DNA from: Roseiflexaceae bacterium
GTDB taxonomy: Bacteria > Chloroflexota > Chloroflexia > Chloroflexales > Roseiflexaceae
DNA: 10,594 nt
Direction of reading: 5' to 3'
NCBI GenBank assembly: GCA_043754595.1
Contig: JAYUUK010000335.1
Coordinates: 1-10,594, forward strand
Under the pieces are notes generated by a model, which had not been told where the DNA came from, made no database searches, and worked only from the letters and a program-made list of their open reading frames with translations. The translations under genes and the position numbers were made by a program. This document shows, piece after piece, positions 1 through 8,500 of this stretch (positions within the stretch are counted from its first letter, which is position 1; every line of letters begins with the position of its first letter).

Positions 1-113
1 CGCAGCGGGGGCACTGGGGGCTGCGCAAGCCCCCGAATCCTCCTCCGGTTCGTCGCCGAGGCGCGCGCAGCGCAGCGGGGGCACGGGGGCGCAGCCCCCG
101 AATCCTCCTCCCC
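1..113. repeat. Two tandem imperfect ~45-bp direct repeats (about 1-46 and 71-113). Each contains a GGGGGC...GCCCCC hairpin followed by AATCCTCCTCC. They lie immediately 3' of the minus-strand membrane-protein gene and may continue beyond the window start.
   Basis: Seen directly: 'cgcagcgggggcac(t)gggggc(tgc)gca(a)gcccccgaatcctcctcc' occurs twice with small indels. The inverted GGGGGC/GCCCCC arms sit inside each copy. The repeat may continue upstream of position 1. Confidence 0.6.
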
Positions 114-126
114 CTTTACCATCACT

Positions 127-2055
127 CTATGACGGCGCGAGCCGAAAAATAGTTACATCCCCTTCGCTGTAGACCACCTCGAACAGCGGCGATGCGGCCA
201 GCGCGGCGCGGTCCAGCGTCGTCCCGCGGTCGGTCGCGTAGACGTAGCCATAGCCAGCGCGGCGCATCTCAGCCGCCAGCGCGGTCGGGGCGCGCCCGCC
301 GCCCGCCAGCACCCACGCCGCCTGACGCTTGACCTCGGCCACATACGCCGCGCCGCCGGCGTTGAACACCACCGGCGGCACGCTCGTCTGCCGCCCGGCG
401 AGCGGCAGCAACCACCAGCCGCCATCGCCGCCGCGCAGCACATCGTAGAGCCACGGCGCGCTCGCCACCATAAACCGCGCATCGGCCGGCGTGTTAGCCC
501 GCGCCCACTCGATCGCCCGCAGGTCGGCCTCGGTGCTATTGACCGTATCGGGCCGCACGATCGTCTGCGTTCCGGCCGCCCCCCACACAGCCGCCACCAG
601 CAGCAGCGCCAGCAGCGGCAGCGAGCGCGCCCAGCCTGGCCAGCGCGCCACCTCCAGCCAGCGCTCCAGCGCCGCTGCCCCGCCGCCGATCAGCAGCGAG
701 GCCGGGCCGAACAGCGTGATCGCAACAAACTCGTTGGTGAAGAATGAAATGTACGGCAGCCGCAGCGCCGCCGGGTTGGCTAGCAGCAGCGCCAGCAGAC
801 ACCAGCACAGCACTAGCGTCGCGTCAGCCGCCCGCCGGCGGAGCAGCAGCAGCGCCCCCAGCGCCGCGCTCGCCAAGACCAGCCGGTTGGTGGCGGCCCA
901 CAGCAGCGCCCACGGCATCCCGTTGTAGCCAGCGTTGCCGATCGCGTTGGTCGCGGCGCTGCCAGTGGTGGCGCTCGCCTGCCCGAGCAGCAGCGCCAGC
1001 CACGGCCAGCACAGCGCCGCCGCCAGTACGCTGGCCGCGCCGAGCCACAGCGCCGCCGATCGGCTGAAGCGCAGCGGCAGCAGCGCCAGCGCCCAGAGCG
1101 CCGCCAGGCAGAGCGCCACGATATGCGTGCAGGCCAGCCCGGCCATCGCCAGCCCCACCAGCGCCGCCCGCCGCCAGCCGGTCGCCGTGCCGTCTGCCGC
1201 CGCCCCCCTGCTGAATAGCAGATGCAGCAGGATCAGCGCGCCTGGCAGCGCCGTCACCCCCATCAGCAGCGTATAGCGCGACCAGCTGAGGTAGTATGCC
1301 GGCATAAATGAGACAAGCCCGACGGCGACCGCCGCCGCCACGCCGGCCGCCGGCCTGCGCCATAAATACGCCGCCGCCCCGCCCCACGCCAGCGCCACCA
1401 CGCTGTTGAGCAGCTGCCCGGCGACCAGCAGCCCCCCTGGCAGATCGTCTGGCACCCGCGCGCCAGCGCCGCGTAGCGCGGCCGCCAGCCAGACGTGGTA
1501 GCCCCAGTGGTATGGCAGCCGCGCGATCGGCAGGTAGGGCGTCAGGTCGAACGGGACGCCGCCGCGCTCGAAGGCCACGCGCACCAGCAGCGCGTGGTGT
1601 ACGCCGTCCACCCACGGTGGGAACGCCAGCCCGCGCGCCTGTGCTGCCCGCGTGGCCACGATCAGCGCCAGCACCGCCAGCGTCGCGCCGTCCCACCGCC
1701 CCGGCCGCCAGCCGCCCGTCCCTTGCCACAGCGTGCTGCCAGCGACCGCACCCAGCAGCAGCAGTGGTGCGGCTTGCAGTGCCAGTGGCGCGACTGAGAT
1801 GCCGATCGTGCTACACCACAGCACCACGATGCTCAGCGCACCCATGCTCAGCGCGATCGAGACCGCCAGCTCGGTCAGCCACGGCAGCGCGGCGCCCGGC
1901 CAGATCAGACGCCGGACCAGGTAGCCAGGGGCCAGCAGCAGCGTCAGCCCAGCGCCGAGCAGCGCGCTCGGGTAGCCGAGCGCCAGCGCGCCAGCGCCGA
2001 GCAGCGCCAGCAGTAACGTTGGCCAGGATACCGTGGCGAAGGAGGGTGACCTCAC
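127..2055 (-). CDS. Polytopic integral membrane protein, about 642 aa, with more than 10 predicted TM helices and a C-terminal soluble domain. It is possibly a GT-C fold glycosyltransferase (family 39/87-like), but the product assignment is weak.
   Basis: Long minus-strand ORF ending at TAG 127-129. The translation is dominated by hydrophobic Leu/Ala/Gly/Trp-rich segments such as 'WPTLLLALLGAGALALGYPSALLGAGLTLLLAPGYL', and the last ~150 aa are hydrophilic. The six-frame ORF extends to 2469 but overlaps the upstream gene by more than 130 codons, so I place the start at GTG 2053-2055. That codon overlaps the upstream TGA 2052-2054 as GTGA. The family call is from composition and topology only, not a recognised signature. 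Confidence 0.6.
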   Translation of the reverse strand: MRSPSFATVSWPTLLLALLGAGALALGYPSALLGAGLTLLLAPGYLVRRLIWPGAALPWLTELAVSIALSMGALSIVVLWCSTIGISVAPLALQAAPLLLLGAVAGSTLWQGTGGWRPGRWDGATLAVLALIVATRAAQARGLAFPPWVDGVHHALLVRVAFERGGVPFDLTPYLPIARLPYHWGYHVWLAAALRGAGARVPDDLPGGLLVAGQLLNSVVALAWGGAAAYLWRRPAAGVAAAVAVGLVSFMPAYYLSWSRYTLLMGVTALPGALILLHLLFSRGAAADGTATGWRRAALVGLAMAGLACTHIVALCLAALWALALLPLRFSRSAALWLGAASVLAAALCWPWLALLLGQASATTGSAATNAIGNAGYNGMPWALLWAATNRLVLASAALGALLLLRRRAADATLVLCWCLLALLLANPAALRLPYISFFTNEFVAITLFGPASLLIGGGAAALERWLEVARWPGWARSLPLLALLLVAAVWGAAGTQTIVRPDTVNSTEADLRAIEWARANTPADARFMVASAPWLYDVLRGGDGGWWLLPLAGRQTSVPPVVFNAGGAAYVAEVKRQAAWVLAGGGRAPTALAAEMRRAGYGYVYATDRGTTLDRAALAASPLFEVVYSEGDVTIFRLAPS

Positions 2056-2807
2056 TCCTGGTTCGGCTCGCTCTGCCGACGGATCTCTTCGTCGGTGAGC
2101 GTGGTGGCGATGAACCGCTCGAAGAAGCTGTCGCCTGGCGGCGGCGTGACGGCTGAAGGTTCCGCTTGGGGAGCGGACGCGGGGCGAGACGGCGTGGTGG
2201 ACGAGGCCGCTGCGGCGTGACGTGGCAAGCTCTCGGCGGGCAGTGGCGATGGTGCGACGGAGCGCTGCGCCGCCGGCGGCCTGATCGCCACCGCCCGTCG
2301 CACGATAAGCTCGTGGAGCGCCTGACATGTGTCGAGCGGGCCGACTCCACAGACGGCGGCGATATCGGCGACGTTCGCCGCCCCGTCGATCGCGCCGAGC
2401 ACCCGCCAGGCGGTATCGCCGGGGGCGAACGCATCTTCCGGCGGCTCGTTGCGCGGCACAGGCACCCACATCATGCTCGGAACCGTGGCGCGGACCGCGC
2501 TCCAGTGCTGCGCATCGGCCATCGCCCGCTCGATCAGATCGAGCGGGTCGGCCCAGATCGTTTGCGCATCGCTGGCGAGCCCGGCGATGAATTGGAACGC
2601 CCCCTCGCGGATGGTGAACAGAAACCCGACGGCGTCAATGCCGGTCAGCAGATCGACATCTGCGTCATACGGCTGCCCATCCCGAAAGAAGATTCGCCCG
2701 GTCTGATCGCCGACCTGGATCTCCAGCGCGCCGGCCACCGAGCTATAGACGATCATCTCGATCAGCTCGCCGAGCGGGATGACCGCCAGCGTCCCTTCAA
2801 GCTGCAC
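2052..2807 (-). CDS. DUF4388 (PATAN-like) domain protein, 251 aa. An N-terminal ~100-aa DUF4388-type domain is followed by a Pro/Ala/Ser-rich tail, with no recognisable output domain.
   Basis: GTG start at 2807 is preceded on the minus strand by a strong SD AGGGAGG (plus 2812-2818, spacing ~4). The N-terminal 'LQLEGTLAVIPLGELIEMIVYSSVAGALEIQVGDQTGRIFFRDGQPYDA' matches the DUF4388 pattern as I remember it (G.L...L.dLLq.l......G.L.......G.i.f..G.i..A). The C-terminal half 'RPPAAQRSVAPSPLPAESLPRHAAAASSTTPSRPASAPQAEPSAVTPPPGD' is low-complexity. Stop TGA at 2052-2054. Confidence 0.6.
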   Translation of the reverse strand: MQLEGTLAVIPLGELIEMIVYSSVAGALEIQVGDQTGRIFFRDGQPYDADVDLLTGIDAVGFLFTIREGAFQFIAGLASDAQTIWADPLDLIERAMADAQHWSAVRATVPSMMWVPVPRNEPPEDAFAPGDTAWRVLGAIDGAANVADIAAVCGVGPLDTCQALHELIVRRAVAIRPPAAQRSVAPSPLPAESLPRHAAAASSTTPSRPASAPQAEPSAVTPPPGDSFFERFIATTLTDEEIRRQSEPNQE

Positions 2808-3009
2808 AGCGCCTCCCTGCCATAATATCCTATCATGGTAGCATACCGGCGTCTGCCGCGCAACGCCGCAGTGCGCAGCGCCTCAGAAAATATGCGCTCT
2901 TGATAGCGGCAGCAACCGCGCGGGATGCGCTGCGTAGATCGATCTCGTGCAACATCGCGCTGCACGCGCTCCGTCGCTTCTCCGGCATCTGACAAAAGTA
3001 AGGTGTGTC
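2808..3009. promoter_or_regulatory. Divergent intergenic region between the DUF4388 gene (-) and the flotillin gene (+). It is AT-enriched relative to its surroundings and contains a perfect 10-bp palindrome AGATCGATCT (2936-2945). The promoters presumably lie here but I could not place them exactly.
   Basis: 202 bp of non-coding sequence between divergent starts. Local AT-rich stretches include 'ccataatatcctatcatggtagcatacc' and 'cagaaaatatgcgctcttgatag'. A TTGATA sits at 2900-2905 with a poor -10 partner. Palindrome coordinates were checked by hand. Confidence 0.35.
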
Positions 3010-5028
3010 ATGCCAACGCTGTTTATCGCCCTCGGAATTGGGCTCCTGCTCATCGTGGCTGTGGTGGTCGCCTCGGGTTTTTTGCGCTACATCCCAAACA
3101 ACCGGGTGGGCATCGTGGAGAAGCTCGTCAGCGGGCGCGGCTCGCTCCAGTCAGGGCTGATCGCGCTCGGCGGCGAGGCCGGCTATCAGCCACACGTGCT
3201 GCGCGGCGGCTGGCATCTCTTCCTGCCGTTTCAGTACCGCATCCACTCGGTGCCGCTCGTCACCATTCCCCAGGGCAAGATCGGCTACATCTTCGCGCGC
3301 GATGGCCAGCAGCTCCAGCCGGCGCAGACCCTCGCCTCGAATATCACCGCGAGCGACTTCCAGGATACCTCTGGCTTCCTGAACGGCGGCGGCCAGCGCG
3401 GCCCGCAGCGCAAGATCCTGCGCGAGGGCACCTACGCCATCAACCTGGCGCAGTTCGTCGTCATCACCGAGGAGCAGATTTTCTATCTGCCGCTCGATTC
3501 TTCCGAGGAGGCGACGTTCCGCGGTATGGCCCGCCTGATCGCCGAGCGCGAGGGGTTCGCGCCGCTGGTGATCAAAGGCGCAGATGACCTGATCGGCGTG
3601 GTGATCGTCCATGATGGCCCATCGCTGCCACAGGGCGAGATCATCGCGCCCACCGTCGGCGACGACTCAGCCCAGGCCGCCACCTACCACAATAATTTTC
3701 AGGATCCCGAGAAGTTTCTGCTCGCTGGCGGCATCCGCGGCCGCCAGCTCCAGGTGCTCGTCGAGGGCACGTACAATATCAACCGGCTGTTCGCTACCAT
3801 CGAGATGATCCCCAAGACTACCATCGAGGTTGGCAACGTCGGCGTGGTGATCTCCTACACCGGCGAGCACGGTAAGGATCTCTCCGGCGATGAGTACTCC
3901 CACGGCGAGATGGTCACCCAGGGCAGCCGCGGCGTCTGGAGCGTGCCGCTCTTGCCAGGCAAGTACGCCTTCAACACCTACGCTGGCAAAGTCGCGCTGG
4001 TGCCCACCACGAACATCATCCTCAAGTGGAACCGCTCCGAGGTCGGTGCACACCGCTACGACGAAAATCTGGCCGAGGTCTCGCTGATCACCAAAGACGC
4101 CTTCGAGCCATCGCTGCCGCTCTCGGTGGTGGTCCACATCGACTACCGCCAGGCGCCGCTGGTGATCCAGCGCTTTGGCGATATCAAGCGGCTCGTCGAG
4201 CAGACGCTCGACCCGATGGTGGCGGCGTACTTTAAAAATATCGGCCAGACCCGCACGCTGATCGAGCTCATCCAGCAGCGCAGTAACATCCAGAGCCTCT
4301 CCAGCGAGGAGATGCGCGAAAAATTCGCCCGCTACAACCTTGAGCTCGAAGAGGTGCTGATCGGCACTCCGGCCTCCGGCGCCAAGGATACGAACATCGA
4401 GCAGATCCTGACCCAGCTGCGCTCGCGCCAGATCGCCGAGGAGCAGATCGAGACTTATAACCGCCAGCAGCGCGCCTCGATCAAGGAGCGCGAGCTGCGC
4501 GAGGCCGAGGCCCGCGCCCGGCAGCAGCAGCAGCTCACCGAGAGCGAGATCAGCATCGCGGTGCAGAGCAATCAGGGTAAGGCCGAATACCAGCGCGCGC
4601 TCCAGCAGGCCGAGACGATCCGGGTGCTCGCCGAGGCAGATGCCGAGAAAGCCGCTAGGATCGGCATCGCCGAGGCCATCGCCGTCGAGGAGAAGGTCCG
4701 CGCCTACGGCGGGCCACAGTTCCAGGTGACGCAGCAGGTCATGACCCGCTTCGCCGAGGCGATCGAGCGATCAGGCGTCGGGATTGTGCCGCAGATCGTC
4801 GTGGGCGGCGGCGGCCAAGGTACATCCGGCGGCCAGAACCTCATGGAGGGTCTGCTGGCGATGCTGCTCTCGGATAAGCTCGGCCTGCCGCTCAACACGA
4901 TTAGCGATCCAAAGCCCGAGGTCATCGCGATGCGCGAGCAAATGCTGCAGCGGCTGCGCAAAGACCAGCCAGAAGCCGCGCCGGCCAAGCTCGCGCCCGC
5001 TGCACGGCCGAAGATAGACGAGCGTTAG
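3010..5028 (+). CDS. Flotillin-family / SPFH (band 7) domain membrane scaffold protein of the YqiK/FloT type, about 672 aa.
   Basis: ATG 3010 is preceded by AAGGTG (3000-3005). The protein starts with an N-terminal TM helix, 'MPTLFIALGIGLLLIVAVVVASGFL'. An SPFH-like region ('NNRVGIVEKLVSGRG...LRGGWHLFLPFQYRIHSVPL') and a long coiled-coil follow ('EQIETYNRQQRASIKERELREAEARARQQQQLTESE...AEADAEKAARIGIAEAIAVEEKV'). The tail is Gly-rich ('PQIVVGGGGQGTSGGQNLMEGLLAMLL'), as is typical of bacterial flotillins. The six-frame ORF begins at 2947, but the ATG at 3010 with an RBS, sitting just before the TM helix, is the more plausible start. Confidence 0.85.
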   Translation: MPTLFIALGIGLLLIVAVVVASGFLRYIPNNRVGIVEKLVSGRGSLQSGLIALGGEAGYQPHVLRGGWHLFLPFQYRIHSVPLVTIPQGKIGYIFARDGQQLQPAQTLASNITASDFQDTSGFLNGGGQRGPQRKILREGTYAINLAQFVVITEEQIFYLPLDSSEEATFRGMARLIAEREGFAPLVIKGADDLIGVVIVHDGPSLPQGEIIAPTVGDDSAQAATYHNNFQDPEKFLLAGGIRGRQLQVLVEGTYNINRLFATIEMIPKTTIEVGNVGVVISYTGEHGKDLSGDEYSHGEMVTQGSRGVWSVPLLPGKYAFNTYAGKVALVPTTNIILKWNRSEVGAHRYDENLAEVSLITKDAFEPSLPLSVVVHIDYRQAPLVIQRFGDIKRLVEQTLDPMVAAYFKNIGQTRTLIELIQQRSNIQSLSSEEMREKFARYNLELEEVLIGTPASGAKDTNIEQILTQLRSRQIAEEQIETYNRQQRASIKERELREAEARARQQQQLTESEISIAVQSNQGKAEYQRALQQAETIRVLAEADAEKAARIGIAEAIAVEEKVRAYGGPQFQVTQQVMTRFAEAIERSGVGIVPQIVVGGGGQGTSGGQNLMEGLLAMLLSDKLGLPLNTISDPKPEVIAMREQMLQRLRKDQPEAAPAKLAPAARPKIDER

Positions 5029-5075
5029 CCGACACTCATCGAAGTCTCATCTCTCAAAGCCACCATCGTACCGCC

Positions 5076-5102
5076 GGGGACGCTCGGACCCAGAGCGCCC
5101 CC
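5076..5102 (+). terminator. Weak stem-loop (GGGGACGCTC / GAGCGCCCCC, one mismatch) 48 nt downstream of the flotillin stop. It has no U-tract, so it is either a possible terminator or simply RNA structure.
   Basis: The inverted repeat was read directly from the sequence. No T-rich run follows it, so an intrinsic-terminator call is weak. Confidence 0.25.
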
Positions 5103-5415
5103 GCATCATCCTGACGTTGTGGGGAAGGTGGGTCTACGGCAAGCTGCGGCGCGGGGATCCGCGATTTTGGCCGGAGCATCCGCGATGAGACGCCAGCGCC
5201 GCCCACCTCCTCGCGCTCCGCCGCCACCTATCTCCTCGCGATCCACTCCCACACATCGACCGACTGATGACCGACTGATGATCGATCGATGACCGATACC
5301 CGGCTGCGCGCCGCTGTTCACCAAAATCAGATTGCTACCATGGCGCGCGCCACCCTCCACGACGGATCGCTACAGTTTCAGCATGCTATCGCACACCGAT
5401 GCGCTAAACTGTTTC

Positions 5416-5444
5416 TTGCAACGCTGTCATGCTTGCGATATAAT
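5416..5444 (+). promoter_or_regulatory. Near-consensus sigma70-type promoter: -35 TTGCAA (5416-5421), a 17-bp spacer, and -10 TATAAT (5439-5444). It would give a ~125-nt leader for the giant TPR/motif-array gene.
   Basis: Read directly as 'TTGCAAcgctgtcatgcttgcgaTATAAT'. The orientation and position are appropriate for the downstream gene at 5574, whose RBS GGGAGGA lies at 5562-5568. Confidence 0.5.
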
Positions 5445-5573
5445 GCCGAGGAGGTTTACGAATCACATGTGTGCAGAACGCGCTGTAAGGCGCGGATGCC
5501 GCTTCTGCCGTAAAAGATTACCGTAATCTCCGGCCCCTACGACACCTGCGCGTACTGTTATGGGAGGATCGCG

Positions 5574-8500
5574 ATGGCAAGCATGAGCCTGCAAGCGGCC
5601 CAGAATCAAGCTCGGCAATGGCTCGAGACGGGCGAGGCGGAGCGCGCCGCTGGCTTCGCTCAGCACATGCTCGAGCAGACACCGGACAATCTGGAGACCG
5701 CGCGCATTCTCGGCGAGGCGTATCTCAAGACCGGAGATCTCGATCGGGCCCAACAGACGCTGGAACGCGTCATCGCGATGGACCCCGAGCATATCCCGGC
5801 GCACGTCCTCCTTGGGATGCTCGCCGAGCGCCGTGGTCAGCTCAAGCAGGCGATCGCCGAGTATGAGCAGGCCCTCGAAATCAAGCCGGACTATCCTGAG
5901 CTGCGTAGCCAGCTCCTTCGGCTCTACACCGAAGCCTGGGGTAGCGAGCACGCGCAGCTGCGCCTCAGCCGCGCCGGCCTCGCACGCCTCTACATCAAAG
6001 GCCATATGCTGCCGCAGGCGATCGCTGAGTTCCGTCAGGTCATCGCCGAACAGCCGTCACGCTACGATGCGCGGGTGGCGCTCGCTCGCGCGCTGTGGAA
6101 GAATGGTCAAGAGCCGGAGGCCGCCGAGACCAGCCGCAGCATCATCGCCGATCACCCGCAGTCGCTGATCGCCAACTTGATCCTCGGCTATCAGGCGCTC
6201 AACGCCGGCCGCGCCGAAGGCACCAAACTCTGGCAGACCGCCAGCGCGATCGACCCTGAGCAGGGGGCGGCGGCTGAGCTGTTCGAAGATCTGCCGGCCG
6301 CGCCGCCGATGCCGAGCATCCCCGATTGGGACGAGCAGGCCTGGCACGCGCGCAACGCCGCTCCGCCGCCAGAGACGATGCCGCCGACCCGCGCGGTTGA
6401 GCAGGTGACGCCAGCCGCTATTCCAGCCACGCTCGCCGCACCCGTGGCTGCGCCGCCCGCCCCGGCCAGGCAGATCGCGCCGCCAGGCGATGACTTTCTC
6501 GCTAGCCTGCTGGCGCTCGACAGCGCGCCAAAACTACCGCCGACGCCCGCCCCAATCGTGGACGAGCCACCATCCGAGCCGGATGGCATGCTGCCGTTCT
6601 CGCTCAACGATCTCGAGATCGGTGGCGAGCTGGCCCACGATCCAGCGCCCGAGGCGACTCAGCCGCCGCTCTCGCTCGATGACCTCGGCGTCTCCAATGC
6701 ACAGATCGCCGGCCTCGAACAGAGCGATCGGACGCTGGCTACTCCTGCACCCGAGATCTCCGAGACGCAGCCATTCTCGCTCAGCGAGCTCGGCCTCTCC
6801 GATGATGAGATCGCCGGGCTCGAAAGCGTCAATGTGCCGGCCGCTCAAAACCCTGCCGCGCCGGTCGAGCCCAGCGCTCCAGCGTCGGCCGAACCGATGT
6901 CGATCGAAGAGATGAAGCCCTTCTCGTTCGCCGACCTCGGGCTGTCCGATGATGAGATCGCGGCTCTTGAGCAGGGCGGCGTGGCCGATACGTCCGCTGT
7001 CAGCCAGCCGATCGAAAGCTTCGCGCCGTTCTCGCTTGACGATCTCGACGATGTTCCATCTGCGCGGGCGCCGGGCCGCACCGCCGATGACGATGATGCT
7101 GATGCCTCAGGCCTCAACCTGACGCCGTTCTCGCTCGACGATCTCGATTTTAGCGCCATCGACAGCGCCGCCAACCGGCCAACCTCGCTTCCCTCGTCGC
7201 TCCAGTCTTTCTCGCTCGATGATCTCCCGCCCGATCGGCCACGTACGAGCAATCTCGCAGATGACGATACCGCCGATCTACCCCCAATGGGCGGTGCCGA
7301 GCTCGAGCAGCCGCTGATGTTTGGCTGGCACGAGCCGCCGCAAAAAGATGAGCCGGATTTCGCCAAGACGCTCCGCGCTCGCCCGCCGGTCAACGATGAG
7401 AATGTCTTTGCGAGGCTCCAGGAGCAGCGCAAAAATATCCAACTGCCGCCGAGCGACTTGCCCGATGTGTCGATCGCTCCCGAGGATCATCTCGGGATGT
7501 TCTCGATGGACGATGTTTCGCTCCGCGATGATAGTGAGGGCGCTGCCGCAACCCTTGACCAAGTCCTTTTACCACCCCCGGCTGCTGCGCCGCTCGCCGA
7601 TATCGCCAGCGAAGATATGGCTGGGGCGATCTCCGCAGGTGAGATCCAGCCGTTCTCCTTCGCCGACCTCGGCCTCTTCGATGAAGAGATCGCCGCGCTC
7701 GGTATGGGTCCGGCGCAGAACGCACAATCGCCCGCGATGCCGGATCTCACTCCTCCGGTCGCAGCAATACCAGCCGCGCCCGAGCCGGCCGCAACAGCGC
7801 CGACCGCTGATGTCGCTGTGCCAGCGCCTGAGCCGGTCGTAGCAGCGCCGGCCGCACCTGAGCCGGCCGCGCCCGCCTTCAGCCACCACGAGCCGGAGCC
7901 AGAGGTGGAGAACTTGCACGATGCCATCGCCTCGGGCGAGATCCAGCCGTTCTCCTTTGCCGATCTCGGTCTCTCCGATGAGGAGATCGCCGCGCTCGGC
8001 CTCGGTGCTGCCCCACAGGCCGCACCTGAGCCAGCCATCGCTGCGTCAGCGCCGGCCGCACCTGAGCCAGCCATCAGCCACCACGAGCCGGAGCCAGAGG
8101 TGGAGAACTTGCAGGATGCCATCGCCTCGGGCGAGATCCAGCCGTTCTCGTTCGCCGACCTCGGCCTCTCCGATGAGGAGATCGCCGCGCTCGGCCTCGG
8201 TGCCGCCCCACAGGCCGCGCCAGAGCCAGCTGCTCAACCGGCACCAGCCGCACAAGCTGCGCTGGAGAATGAGGAAGATCTGTCGACCTTCGAGCTCGAC
8301 CTGCCCACATGGGATATGAGCGAGCTCGGCGGCGATAGCACAGCGGCCACATCGGGTGCCGAGCGCACCAACGATAATCTGCCCGCCCCATTCTCGCTCG
8401 CCGATATCGGCCTCGGCGATGAGCCAGACACCGATCACGATGACCGCAGCGATAGACTTAGCCTGACCGAAGCCGAGCTCGCCGATCTCGGCACCGGTGG

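Noticed and set aside
1-113. Possible CRISPR array, given direct repeats ~45 bp long separated by a ~25-bp spacer.
   Set aside because: Only two copies are present. The copies differ by indels inside the repeat, which CRISPR repeats rarely do, and no cas genes are in the window. The repeat units contain a simple GC hairpin typical of REP- or terminator-like elements.
491-1924. Several plus- and minus-strand ORFs (491-928, 744-1067, 824-1729, 935-1276, 1512-2156 and others) inside the membrane-protein gene.
   Set aside because: All overlap the long hydrophobic ORF on the other strand or in other frames. Their Ala/Arg/Ser/Gly-rich low-complexity translations are characteristic of GC-rich non-coding frames.
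127-2469. Full 780-aa minus-strand ORF taken as the membrane-protein gene.
   Set aside because: The first ~139 codons have Arg/Ala-rich junk-like composition and overlap the well-supported DUF4388 gene (2052-2807), which has its own strong SD. The hydrophobic protein proper begins right at the GTG at 2055.
2166-2825. 219-aa plus-strand ORF together with the smaller ORFs 2327-2590 and 2329-2706.
   Set aside because: They are antisense to, or out of frame with, the DUF4388 gene. Their Arg/Gly/Pro-rich composition is typical of spurious ORFs in high-GC DNA, and they have no RBS.
2947-3009. Upstream ATG (2947) as the flotillin start.
   Set aside because: It has no RBS, and the extension 'MQHRAARAPSLLRHLTKVRCV' is Arg-rich and unlike flotillin N-termini. 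The ATG at 3010 has an AAGGTG SD and immediately precedes the TM helix.
5289-5526. Small ORFs (74 and 64 aa) in the long intergenic region as possible small protein genes.
   Set aside because: They span the predicted promoter, they have no RBS, and their translations are Arg/Cys/His-rich with no plausible fold. The region is better explained as promoter plus leader.
5029-5573. A tRNA or other known structured RNA gene in the long intergenic region.
   Set aside because: No T-loop-like GGTTCGAATCC motif or cloverleaf-compatible arrangement was found by eye. Only local hairpins were seen. This cannot be excluded without a covariance-model scan.
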